Below, in pieces: positions 53,068 through 64,000 of a DNA stretch of 64,000 bases. Source of the stretch: Octopus sinensis (lineage: Eukaryota); assembly GCF_006345805.1 (NCBI RefSeq), contig NC_043004.1, forward strand, positions 64,728,001 to 64,792,000, read 5' to 3'. Under the pieces are notes generated by a model. It was not told where the DNA came from. It did no database searches and saw only the letters and a program-made list of their open reading frames with translations. Made by a program: the position numbers and the translations under genes. Position 1 is the stretch's first letter. Every line of letters starts with the position of its first letter.

Positions 53068-53874
53068 GTAAGTTAGATTTTGTACCTTTATTAACAAGAA
53101 TATGTCACCAATCCTTTTTCATGTTTTAGCTGTAGTTTTTCCTCTCACCATCAGAGCAAAACAGTGATGTGATATCATGTTTATATTCCTTGTAAACAAT
53201 GCATCCTGTAGCTCTGCACTTTAAAAGACCAGTGGAATGAAAAAATAATCCCTTACTTGAGAAACAGGTGAGGGTTGGTGACAGGAAGGGCATCCAGGTA
53301 TAAGATATTGCCTCAACTGAGTCTGTTTGGCCCATGCTAGCAAGGACAAATGCTCATAAAACAAACATTTTTCCTAAATTGTTGTTGTTGTTTTTTCTCC
53401 AAACAAACAATCTCTCAGAGATGCTCTGTTATTGACCATTCTCTTGATAAGTTGACCAGCAGCTGCATTATTGTCTTCAGTAAGTTGACCAATAGTAACT
53501 GTTTCACTGACCTTGGAAAGCTAATAAAAGCTAAGATGAAGTTACTAAAGGATTGAAATGTTAGCCATAAGCTCATTAATTACACAAACTGGATTAGCGT
53601 CGTGTTCTCAATCCATATAACATTCAGTATCCATTTGACACTTTGATTTGGTAGAAAACTTAATATTTGCTCAGCTTTTTAGTGTTAGGATTTATGTGGA
53701 TGTGTGTGTGTTTTGGCCTAAGGATTAAAGGTATAAAAATGTGTGGGTTCTAAAAATAAGACAAAAGAGATCTTTTTTCAAAAAGATTTACTTCTACATC
53801 AGCTGATTAAAATACCTGGGATGTGAAAATAAATGTTCTTTGCTGATAGGCTCTAATAAGGTAGAAACATACCT

Positions 53875-54292
53875 GCTTGTGAGCTGGCAGAATCGTTAGC
53901 ACGCCGGATGAAATGCTTAGCGGTATTTCACCTGCTACTACATTCTGAGTTCAAATTCCGACAAGGTCGACTTTGCCTTTCATCCTTTCAGGGTTGATTA
54001 AATAAGTACCAGTTATGCACTAGGGTCGATATAATCGACTTAATCCGTTTGTCTGTCCGTGTTTGTCCGCTCTGTTTAGCCCCTTGTGGGTAGTAAAGAA
54101 ATAGGCATTTCATCTGCCGTTATTTTCTGAGTTCAAATTCCACTGAGGTCAACTTTGCCTTTCATCCTTTCGGGGTCGATAAATTAAGTACCAGTTACAC
54201 ACTGAAGTTGATGTGATTGGCTTAATCCCTTTTGTCTGTCCTTGTTTGTCCCCTCTGTGTTTTAGCCCCTTGTGGGCAATAAAGAAATAAGA
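53875..54292 (+). mobile_element. SINE family B, same young variant, tandem dimer (full copy plus 5'-truncated copy)
   Basis: Core and tail occur twice (53881-54104 and 54105-54292). Confidence 0.88.
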
Positions 54293-54952
54293 AACCTACC
54301 AGTTTTCTGTCACCTTATCTGCTTCCAAAGATCATATTCCCTCCATCCACAAATACCTAAATTGAAACTTGATTTAGTGAAATCAATCATCAATTTCTAG
54401 GACTATTTCCTCTTTTATTTGAGAGCTGCTTACAATTCCTGTTAGGATTTTTATTGTCTTTCTCCAACTAATGAACGAACTTCAGCAATCTGGGAGACAG
54501 ATTTTAAGCATTTTGATACCAGTCTGCCTGAAACCATGTAATGTGTATGTAATGTGTACGTAAGGCTTTAAAATGATCTAAATAAAAGCCTTCCATCAGA
54601 ATTTCATGTTAATTTCGGTTCCTAACTCCAGCTTAATAATAAGTTAAAGCTGTTTTACTAAATTCTTTATTTTCAAAATTAACTGAAACACAGGTTGTGT
54701 ATACCAACTTGAAATATGGTAGCAAAAGAGTTAATCAGTTACTCGATTCAAAACACCATGACTACCATCACCACCACCACCACCACGTGATCATTGGATA
54801 ACTGTAATGGAGCCCATTCTGTTGCAAATGTTAGAATCAAATCTGCAATCAGAATATAACACAATGTGTCTTAATGTGCCACTTCCAACTGTGTATATAT
54901 ATGTGTGTGTGTGTGTGTGTGTATGTATATATATATATATATACACACACAC

Positions 54953-55002
<50 letters not shown>

Positions 55003-55463
55003 TGTGGATATATATATACATACAGATATGTGTGTGTGTATGTAATGTGTACGTAAGCATGTGTTATCTAATGGAATTTTGTGTGATCTGTGAACACTTT
55101 TAAACTTGCAAACTCTCATATGTGTGTGTGAGTGTGTGTGTGTGTGTGTGAGTGTGTGTGTGTGTGTGTATTTGTATTCACACATAAGACTTAACACAAA
55201 ACAACAAATACTTCTCCATTACTACAATTTTCTTTACTTTTAACCATCTAACATTCTGAAGAAGTGCTTCAGCTCAAAACATCAAAAACACTTATATCTT
55301 AATTGTTCATTTAGCATTAAGCTAATAACTACAACTTGTTTTCACTTTGTCTCTTTTTTGTTACAGTTTTCATTTCTAGTTTGAATACATATGTGTGTAT
55401 ATAATATATATATAATTTTAATTAATTTTATTTAATGTTTATTATTTTCTGTCATACTTTCAG

Positions 55464-55635
55464 CAATTAATGCAACAGCAAGCTGCAATTATGGCAGCTG
55501 CAGCTACACAAGGGACATATCTGGCCAGCCCTATCGCCTCCCTCGCAGCACATGTGCAGTCTATGAATGCTTTGGGAGCCCCAAATGGTATAAGCACAGC
55601 AGCCATCACACCTACAACTGGATCGCTAGCAAATG
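55464..55635 (+). CDS. CELF4: CELF exon B (Gln/Ala-rich divergent linker); 172 nt, phase 0-1
   Basis: QLMQQQAAIMAAAATQGTYLASPIASLAAHVQSMNALGAPNGISTAAITPTTGSLAN(G), collinear with CELF4-type LMQQQAALMA...GYL.P.A...MNG...A.MTPTSG. Acceptor tactttcag, donor G|GTAAAT; frame continuous with exon A. Confidence 0.92.
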
Positions 55636-56155
55636 GTAAATAGATTGAGCAACATTTTGCTGGGCCATTTTTTTTCTCCCCCGTTTATTTTTACACTCCA
55701 AAATTCTTCAATTATGTTATGTAATGTTGGCAGAATTGTTAAAGCAACAGAAAAGTGCTTTGCAGCATTTATTCCAGATTTTTATGCTCTGAGTTCGAAT
55801 CCTGCCAAAGTCCACTTTTTTTTTCACCCTTCCAGGGTTGATAAAATAACAAACTAATCAAGTACTGAGCTGGCAGAAACATTAGCACACCAGGCAAAAT
55901 GCTTAGCGGTATTTCATCTGTCTTTACGTTCTGAATTCAAATTCCGCCGAGGTCAACTTTGCCTTTTGGGGGGGGGGTCGATAAATTAAGTACCAGTGAA
56001 ACACTGGGGCTGATATAATTGACTAGTCCCATCCCCTCAAATTTGAGGACTTGTTCTTTCAGTAGAAAGAATTATTATTATTATTATTATTATTATTAAA
56101 TGATTTCAAATCAGTTCTCACCAATGTTCCACTGTTGTTGTTCTCTTCTATTTAG

Positions 56156-56284
56156 GTACAGCAACATCACCAGCTATTAATGGTGCCCCCAACATGCTTT
56201 CACCAACCGTAACCAGTTTCCCAGTTCCCCAGGCTAACAGCCAAGCACCAGAAGTGTATGCCAATGGAATTCCACATTATCCAG
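56156..56284 (+). CDS. CELF4: CELF exon C (linker); 129 nt, phase 1-1
   Basis: (G)TATSPAINGAPNMLSPTVTSFPVPQANSQAPEVYANGIPHYP(A), matching CELF4-type PQANGQ.A.E.VFANGIHPYP. Acceptor ttctcttctatttag, donor CAG|GTTTGT. Confidence 0.9.
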
Positions 56285-57110
56285 GTTTGTCTTTACGTAC
56301 TCCACAATATTCCATTCTTTGGTATTTTTTTATTTATTTGCTTCTCTTTAGTTTTTTTCCTTGAATTTTTTGTAGCTATTTCATTATTTCTTCCTGATTT
56401 TATTTAAATTTGTGGGAGTTCTGCAGAAATTCTGTTTTTTATAAGTTGCTCTATTTCTATTTCGGTGCCTAAAATTTCTAGAGCTTCAAAATATCATTTC
56501 ACTACATCTGTTTCATTCCCATAGTTGAGGTTGTTTCTAGTGTAACATCCAAACAGACGAATGTCATATCATGGAGAATTATATACATACACATACATTA
56601 GCTTAAAAGCTGCCTGATAGGGCTTTTAAGTAACTGATCCCAAATAGGAGGATCTGCAAACAGGTCTTTGATTTGTTCTGGAGAATTTGTTGCAATTGCT
56701 TCCTCCAGAGTTGTATCCCATTGATGATCATATTCGTCACACAAAAAATCATGTTAAAAAAATTGCCAAAAGCAATCGCAGTGATGAAAAAATAGAAATT
56801 CAAAAATTTCGGATTGCAGGTCCAGATTCCGTCCGGAATGTTTTTAATTTACTCACAGAGTTGGCCTTTAGATTATAAAAATTGTTATCATACAAAAAAA
56901 TTTGTCGCAAAAAGTCACATAAAACAATCACAGTAATGAAAACTTGGGAATCCAAAATTTCAGGATTGTGGGTTTGGATTCGGCCCAGAATGTTTTAATT
57001 TACTCACGGAGTCAGTCTGATTCCAAAAGGGTATGATATGTCGGGCTGCTGCCTCTAGGAATAAAGTTGAAAAAGTATGACACACTGACGTTCACATTTA
57101 TTATATTATA

Positions 57111-57318
57111 TTAAGGCAGCAAGCTGGCAGAATCATTAGCACACTGGGTAAAATGCTTGGCGGTATTTCGTCCACTGTTAGGCTTCTGCCAAGGTCGACT
57201 TTGCTTTTCATCCTTTCAGAGTCGATAAAATTAGTACCAGTTACATACTGAGGTTGATGTAATCAACTTAATCCCTTCCCCTAAAATATGAGGTCTTATG
57301 CTTCCAGTAGAAAGGATT
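57111..57318 (+). mobile_element. SINE family B flanked by a 47-bp direct repeat
   Basis: taaagttgaaaaagtRtgacacactgac..tcacatttattatatta occurs at 57062-57108 and 57322-57368. Confidence 0.85.
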
Positions 57319-57462
57319 TATTAAAGTTGAAAAAGTGTGACACACTGACAGTCACATTTATTATATTAGATATGTTTAATTTTGGAGAAACTTTATTTCA
57401 ATTAAAATGTATTTTATATATATGTGTGTGTTTGTGTTTATGTATTGTGTGTGTGTGTGTGT

Positions 57463-57506
<44 letters not shown>

Positions 57507-57727
57507 TGTGTTAAAGAAAGCAAAAAATATAACAAAAATGATAGTGTTCAGTATGTTGGCCACAGGAATTTCTGTCAAAGAGACATGGTTAAACAAAGTT
57601 GTACATCATCTCCCTCTTTCTCTCACATACCCACCCTTTCTCTCTCTCTTATTATTACTCCCACCACCACCATCAACACTACAATTTTTAATAAAACATC
57701 AACTCTTCCTAAATTTCTGTCTCGCTT

Positions 57728-57764
<37 letters not shown>

Positions 57765-57919
57765 TCGCCAATACCCTCACTGTCTCTCTGCCTACTATTA
57801 CTCTCACCCCAGCACAAGGAATAGTAGCCAAAAAAATTGAATAGTGAGATAGGTGTCAAAGTGTGACACACTGACACACAGAAATTAGTTTTTGCATTTA
57901 CTGTATTATATATATATAT

Positions 57920-57953
<34 letters not shown>

Positions 57954-59286
57954 GAGAGAGAGATTATACAGAGAGCATGGTTAAATGGTTAAGAAGTTTG
58001 CTTCACACTGACAATGTTCTCAGTTCACTCTCACTGCATAGTATCATGAACAAGGGTCTTTTACCCATAATCTTTGGTCAACCCAAGCCTTGTGAGTAAA
58101 ACTGGATAAACAGAAACTGTTGAGATGTTCATTTGGTGGGTTGTGCTTGTAATTTGAAATTAGAACCTTGTCGCAGAATGTACTGTCATGATCCTCACCA
58201 GAGAATTACATTAAGTGTAGACATTTCTGTTAATTTAGTGAGAAAGTAATTCAGTTGATAGAACAACTGAACACTCAGAGTTGCAGCCAACAGATTTTAT
58301 AAATTTTTTGTTCCTATTATTGCCAGATCAATCCAAATGAAGCAGACTTATGACCATTCCAGGGAATCTATAAACACGTTATCCAATGTGTCCATTTGTA
58401 AGATAGTTTTCAGGAAGATTTGAGGAATATTTAGCTGCTAGTTCTAACAGATCGATTTGAGGAAGATTTAGCTACTATTTCTATCATATCAAATGACTAT
58501 ATGGAATCTCCATCATAAACTCATTAAAAAATTAATTAAAATACTTAAGCAGTGTTTTTTGCTAGAAATGTGGTTTTGTAATGGTGCAGGTTGATTTAAG
58601 GGCGATATGACTGTTTTCTAGCAGGTCGAACAACCATATAGAGGCTCTTTTGCAGGCTCATGCAAAAATTAATTAATATGCATAAGCAATGTATTTCATT
58701 TGAAATATGATGATGAAAGGGTTAAGACAGTAAGATGCAATTTGAGGGAGATTTGGCTGCTATTTCTAGCAGATCACTCATCCAGGTAAATGATTTCTCC
58801 TTCACAGCAGAGTGGTGGTGATGTAATTGAGCATATGCAGGGTGTGAGGTGGGGGGGTCGATAGTGCAGATGTCTTTGTCATTAGAATACACAGATAATT
58901 AGCTAGTGTTGCTAGGTTACGTCATCACGATGTTGCAATGATGACGACAACAGCAGTGTCAGAGGATGGATGGTGGGCGTGGGCTGGGACTTGGTGAGGG
59001 TTTACTCTTTTTTGTTGCACTGATCAATATCTGTGACAGAAACGATGCTTGATTATGACAACGATATTCTTGTTCATGTCATTGTTTAGTCCTGACTCAG
59101 TTCGGATTGAAAAGACCGAACAGCCAAGATAATCTGCATCATGATCAATCGTTATTTTTCAGGGCAGAACATATTACGCACTAATGGATCCCTCTCTCTT
59201 TTTCTTCCCCCTCCTAGAATATTAGGCTATAGTTTGAAGGCAATTTGATTGCTATTTCTAACAGGTTGATCAACAACCTAGAATAG

Positions 59287-59594
59287 TCATGGGTAAACTG
59301 TGGGCTGCGAGACATTCTCAATGGCACACCTAACCAAAAAAATTACCTTGAATTTTTTTATAGTCGTGACCCTTCTGATGATGAGCCATGTCTCATGTGG
59401 CCCTCATGATGAGCCATGTCTCATGTGACCCTGATGATGAGCCATGTCTCATGTGACCCTGATGATGAGCCATGTCTCATGTGACCCTGATGATGAGCCA
59501 TGTCTCATGTGGCCCTGATGATGAGCCATGTCTCATGTGGCCCTGATGATGAGCCATGTCTCATGTGGCCCACTTCTTGGAAAAGGTTGCCTAT
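59287..59594. mobile_element. Degenerate hAT-like MITE containing the 28-bp array
   Basis: Ends tcatgggtaaactgtgggctgc and gtggcccacttcttggaaaaggttgcctattatttg resemble hAT termini (CAGGGGTGGGCAAAC-type, from memory). Confidence 0.4.
59375..59570. repeat. 28-bp tandem array, 7 copies (CTGATGATGAGCCATGTCTCATGTG[A/G]CC)
   Basis: Units start at 59375, 59403, 59431, 59459, 59487, 59515 and 59543, with only 1-2 differences each. Confidence 0.95.
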
Positions 59595-59689
59595 TATTTG
59601 TTGCTCGTTGCTGTTGTTGTAATTGCATAGCTCTAAGTCAACTCATATTGAGCAGGCCTATGACTAAAGGTGTTCCACCCATGACAGTC

Positions 59690-60243
59690 TCTCTCTTTTA
59701 CTTGTTTCAGTCATTTGACTGTGGTCATGCTGGAGCACCGGCTTTTGTGGAGCAAATCGACCCCAGGACTTATTTTTTGTAAGCCCAGTACTTATACTAT
59801 CGGTCTCTCTTTTGCCGAACCGCTTCGTTATGGGGGATATAAACACACCACCATCGGTTGTCAAGCGATGTTGGTGTGACAACACAGACACACAAACATA
59901 TACATACACATAAATATATATATATATATTATATATATATATTATATATATATATAATACATATATATTAATAAATGAAATAAAACATATGCATATATAA
60001 AACATATCTGTACGTACCTACCTCTACATGTACATATACACGCATATATGTGTACAGGACACCAAAGATATATATATATATATACAAACGACGGGCTTCT
60101 TTCTGTTTCCATCTACCAAATCCACTCACTTTGGTCGGCTAAAAGCTATAGTAGAAGACATTGCCCAAGGTGACACGCAGTGGGACTGGACCCGGAACCA
60201 TATGGTTGGTAAGCAAGCTACTTACCACACAGCCACTCCTACG
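59690..60243 (-). mobile_element. SINE family A with expanded central microsatellite
   Basis: Reverse-complement full copy. Confidence 0.88.
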
Positions 60244-60381
60244 ACTATCTTTCTATAAAATGTAGTATAAGACATCATCATCATCATCATCATTTAGTAT
60301 CCGTTTTCTATGCTGGCAAAGGCTGAATGGTTTAACAGGAACCAGTAAAGCCTGGAGCCATACAAGGTTCCATATGAATAT

Positions 60382-60430
<49 letters not shown>

Positions 60431-60453
60431 CATGTATATACATGTATATAGAT

Positions 60454-60851
60454 GGATGCAGGTGTAGCTGTGTGGTAAGAAGTTTGCTTCACAACTGCAT
60501 GGTTCGAGGTTTAGTCCCTCTGCATGGCACTTTGGGTGTCTTCTACTATAATAGCCTCAGACCAATCAAAACTTTGTGAATGGATTTAGTCGATGGAAAC
60601 TAAAAGAAGCCCATTCTGTATGTGTGTGTAAATATATATGCGTGTGTGTGTGTGAACCTATATTTGTCTCCCGCCACCACTGGACAACAATGTTGGTGTG
60701 TTTACAGCCACCATAACTGAGCAGTTCAGCAAAAGCAACTGATAGAATAAGTAGCTAACTTTAAAAGTTACTGGGATTGATTTCTTTGAGTGAAACCCTT
60801 CAAGGCGGTGCTCCAGCATGGCCACAGTCCAATGACTGAAACAGATAAAAG
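60454..60851 (+). mobile_element. SINE family A, head-to-head with the 59690-60243 copy
   Basis: Full copy. Confidence 0.85.
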
Positions 60852-61422
60852 GTATTTAGTACATCCGTTTCATGTCGACCTCTAATTCTCTTTTGCTTTT
60901 GTTATTCAATAAATAAAAATGAATGTATTGAAAATAATAGGTTTCAGATATGATAGGTTAATAATAGATATTAATTTCACTTTGTGCTCCCTAAGTAGCA
61001 CACAACTTCTGGTGACTGTTTAAATTATAGCTAAACCCTATCGTTAACTACTACTTACCATGTAACTCCTATTATATGAAATCCTGTGAATTCCTAATTA
61101 TCATCATCTTAAAGATAGCAAGCTGACAGAATCATTAGCACACTAGGAAAAATATTTAGTGGGTTCTTCATCTTTATAGTCAGAGTTCAAATTCTGCTGA
61201 GGTCGACTTTGCCTTTCATCCTTTTGGGGTCGATAAAATAAATACCAATTGATCACTGGGATCAATACAATTGACTTCCCCCTCCCCTCTGAAATTGCAG
61301 GATTTGTGCCAAAATTTGAAACTATTATTAACCCTTTTGTCACCATATTTCTTTTGGCATCCACTGGTTTTGTTTCAATTAAGTTTTAAAATAATTAAGC
61401 GTTTAGTAAAATAATTTTGTTA

Positions 61423-61851
61423 TAGGCACAGCAGTGGTTTTGTGGTAAGTAGCTAGCTTACCAACCACATGGTTCCGGGTTCAGTCCCACTGCATAGCAC
61501 CTTGGACAAATGTCTTCTACTATAGCCTCATGCCGAACAAAGCCTTGTAAATGGATTTGGTGGATGGAAATTGAAAGAAGCCCGTCGTATATATGTGTAT
61601 ATATATGTGTGTGTGTGTGTGTATGTATGTGTGTGTGTGTGTGTATATGTTTGTGTGTCTGTGTTTGTAACCCACATCGCTCAACAACCGATGCTGGTGT
61701 GATTACGTCCCTGTAACTTAACAGTTCAGCTAAAAGAGACCGACAAAATAAGTACTAGACTTACAAAGAATAACTCCTGGGGTTTATTTGCTTGACTAAA
61801 GGTGGTGCTCTAGGATGGCCACAGTCAAATTGACTGAAACAGATAAAAGAG
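61423..61851 (+). mobile_element. SINE family A
   Basis: Full copy. Confidence 0.88.
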
Positions 61852-61908
61852 TACATAAATTAACATAAATTAACATTTTGATGCAAGGTTTTGATTTTTA
61901 GATGACAT

Positions 61909-62679
61909 TTAACCCTTTAGCACCCATGCCAGTGGCATGTGAAAAGCACTTTTCAAATGTTGAATCTCACGGAGGACAAAGATCTTTGGCATTATGCCAT
62001 CAAGCCAAGAACCATCAAGCCAAGTGAAATCGAAGCTGTGGATGATGCTAGTGTCAGATAACTGGTACCTATGCTGGTGAGACGTAAAAAGCATCTTTCA
62101 AGCATTGGGCCTCATGGAGGCAAAGTGGCCGATGTCCGTGGCATGTGAAAAGCTCCTTTTGAGTGTTGAGCCTCATAGAGGTAATGACAAATGACTGAGA
62201 CCTTTGCTATTTTGTCGTGCTTGAAAAGAAGACCCATCAAGCCAAGTAAAATCGCAGTCATGGCAGATTCAGGTGTCACGCAAATGGCACCTGAGCCAGT
62301 GGCACATAAAAGCACCCATTACATTCTAGGAGTGGTTGGTGTTAGGAAGGGCATCCAGCCATAGAAAACCTTGCCTGATCAGATTGGAGTCTGATGCAGC
62401 CCTTCAGCTTACCATCCCTGGTCAAACTGTCCAACCCATGCCAGCATGGACAACAGACGTTAAATGTTGATAATGATGATGATGACAATTATGAGTACTC
62501 TGTCAATATTTTAAATTAATAATGCACCATTTTATAACTTCAAGGTTTCGATGATATGATTGTTCATTTTTAGAATGACATTGTAGGGTAGGTGTGAGAG
62601 GTCAGATCTGGTCAGTTTGAACGTAAAACAGGGAGAATATTTCAGCTGGATATGACCAGTTTGAATACTTAAGGGTTAA
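61909..62679. mobile_element. Second copy of the same MITE (opposite orientation), interrupted by the 61923-62485 retroposon
   Basis: ttaaccctttagca (61909-22); then 62490-62679 is the reverse complement of the 18500 MITE interior, ending aagggttaa. Confidence 0.75.
61923..62485 (+). mobile_element. RTE 3'-end / family C composite nested in a MITE
   Basis: Several partial repeats of the RTE 3' segment and the ggcacgtaaaagcacc motif; (GAT)n tail. Confidence 0.78.
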
Positions 62680-62879
62680 ATAGGAAAACTGTATCATAGA
62701 ACCAAGTGTGTTCCCAGGTGGGAGGGTATCAAAAGGGTTAAGGGCATCAGATTGACAGAATCGTTGGTGGCAGAAAAAAAAATTCTTTATCATATTTGTT
62801 CCAGTTCTTAATGTTTTGAATTCAAATTACCCTGAGGTCAATTTTGCCTTTCATCCTATTGTTGTTGCTGTTTGTTCTT

Positions 62880-63155
62880 TTCGAGTCACGCTTGGTTCAT
62901 AGGGCTGGTTTCCCAGTTTCCTTGGCATATAGGTTCCCCACCTAGACAGGACGCCGGTCCATCACAGGTGAACTGCAAGATAAAGGAGGAAAGAGTGAGA
63001 GAAAGTTGTGGCAAAAGAGTCAGCAGAAGTTTGCCATTACCTTCTGCCAGAGCCGTGTACATAGGTATTTTGCTCATAAACACACACATCGCCCAGTCTG
63101 AGATTCGAACCCACGATCCCTCGACTGCGAGTCCGCTGCTCTAACCACTAGGCCA
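62880..63155 (-). mobile_element. SINE family D with well-preserved tRNA-like head (related copy about 22075-22345, minus)
   Basis: Minus strand TGGCCTAGTGGTTAGAGC (A box) and GGGTTCGAATCTC (B box). gaaagagtgagagaaagttgtggc is shared with 22203-22226. Confidence 0.75.
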
Positions 63156-63551
63156 CTTCATCCTATTAAGGTTGATAAAAATAAAATACCAGTCATGTAC
63201 TAACTCCCTCTCCTCGAAAATGATGGTGTTGTGCCTAGACAGGATGATCAAGGCATAAGATGCCTAATGAATCAGAACTGACCTTAGTCTACTGAACAAT
63301 ATCAACAACAAACGACCAGTGAATCATCAACACAAGATACAGTATGGATCCATAGTCTATTAGACTTTGGGATCAATACTGTCAAATCCATAGTCTATTA
63401 CACTAAACAAATATAGTTGCAAACAAATTGCTCTTCAGAAATAACAATGTTGAATAATTAACAAAAAGAAAGGGGGAAAAAAAACCACCATTTTCTTTAA
63501 TATCTTGGCTTAATATCTTGGCAATCATCTGTGAATGTGGTTTACTTCCAG

Positions 63552-63614
63552 CCCAAGCAGTTGCTAATGGAGATCCACTTCAAGCCTACGCAGTACAGCC
63601 TTATGCAGGAATCG
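63552..63614 (+). CDS. CELF4: CELF exon D (linker); 63 nt, phase 1-1
   Basis: (A)QAVANGDPLQAYAVQPYAGI(G), matching CELF4-type AQSP.AADPLQQAYAGVQQYA. Acceptor ttttacttccag, donor G|GTCAGT. It is the genuine core of listed ORF 63518-63769. Confidence 0.85.
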
Positions 63615-63743
63615 GTCAGTATACACAGTTAATCTTATGTACATTGATTTCTTATGTTTTATCTAGCATTGCTTCTTCTTTCTCTGTGGTAGATAACATT
63701 ATGTTTTTCTTGATTTGTTCTTTTCTTCCTTATGATTATATTA

Positions 63744-64000
63744 TAGACATGGGCGTGGCTGTGTGGTAAGAAGTTTGCTGCCCAACCACATGGTTCCGGG
63801 TTCATCCCCACTGTGTGGTACCTTGAGCAAGTGTCTTCTTCTATAGCCTCAGGCCAACCAAAGCCTTGTGAATGGAATTGGTAGACAGAAACTGGAAGAA
63901 GCCTGTTATATATATGTGTGTGTATGTGTATGTGTGTGTATGTGTATGTGTGTGTGTCTTTGATTTGGTGCCTGTCTCCGACAACCACCTGACAACTGGT
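63744..64000 (+). mobile_element. SINE family A, cut by the window end
   Basis: Head and body up to the central microsatellite. Confidence 0.85.

Noticed and set aside
55584-55595. Internal G|GTATAA possible donor in exon B
   Set aside because: Weak match; using it would remove the conserved ITPTT segment; no supporting evidence.
59375-59570. CRISPR-like palindromic 28-bp repeats
   Set aside because: Repeats are contiguous with no spacers; eukaryotic intron; no cas genes.
63088-63155. Possible tRNA gene on the minus strand
   Set aside because: A and B boxes are present but the acceptor and anticodon stems do not pair, and the sequence runs into a SINE body shared with 22075-22345.

Overview
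AT-rich, microsatellite- and SINE-saturated animal genomic DNA. The tRNA-headed SINE families look like coleoid cephalopod, most likely Octopus (inference). The window lies inside one + strand gene, a CELF3-6 / Bruno-3 / UNC-75-type RNA-binding protein. Four coding exons with canonical splice sites are visible (52912-53067, 55464-55635, 56156-56284, 63552-63614). They encode the last beta-strand of RRM2 and most of the divergent linker. I found no upstream RRM2 exon, so the preceding phase-0 intron appears to be at least 52.9 kb. Almost all listed six-frame ORFs are microsatellite or minisatellite artefacts. The introns hold relics of R4/Dong-like, CR1-group, RTE and HERO-like LINEs, several modular SINE families, MITEs, minisatellites, and a set of Penelope-type hammerhead-ribozyme motifs. 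The best leads are: (i) a 39-nt candidate cassette or alternative-start exon at 14392-14430 that is open only in the phase of its host intron; (ii) a hammerhead with all conserved core nucleotides 430 nt upstream of it (13909-13972), one of six sense-strand hammerhead-like motifs; (iii) in-frame tandem splice sites in the linker exons; (iv) SINE-LINE tail partnerships and tail swapping visible within the window. Repeat boundaries are approximate and family names come from pattern recognition, not database searches.
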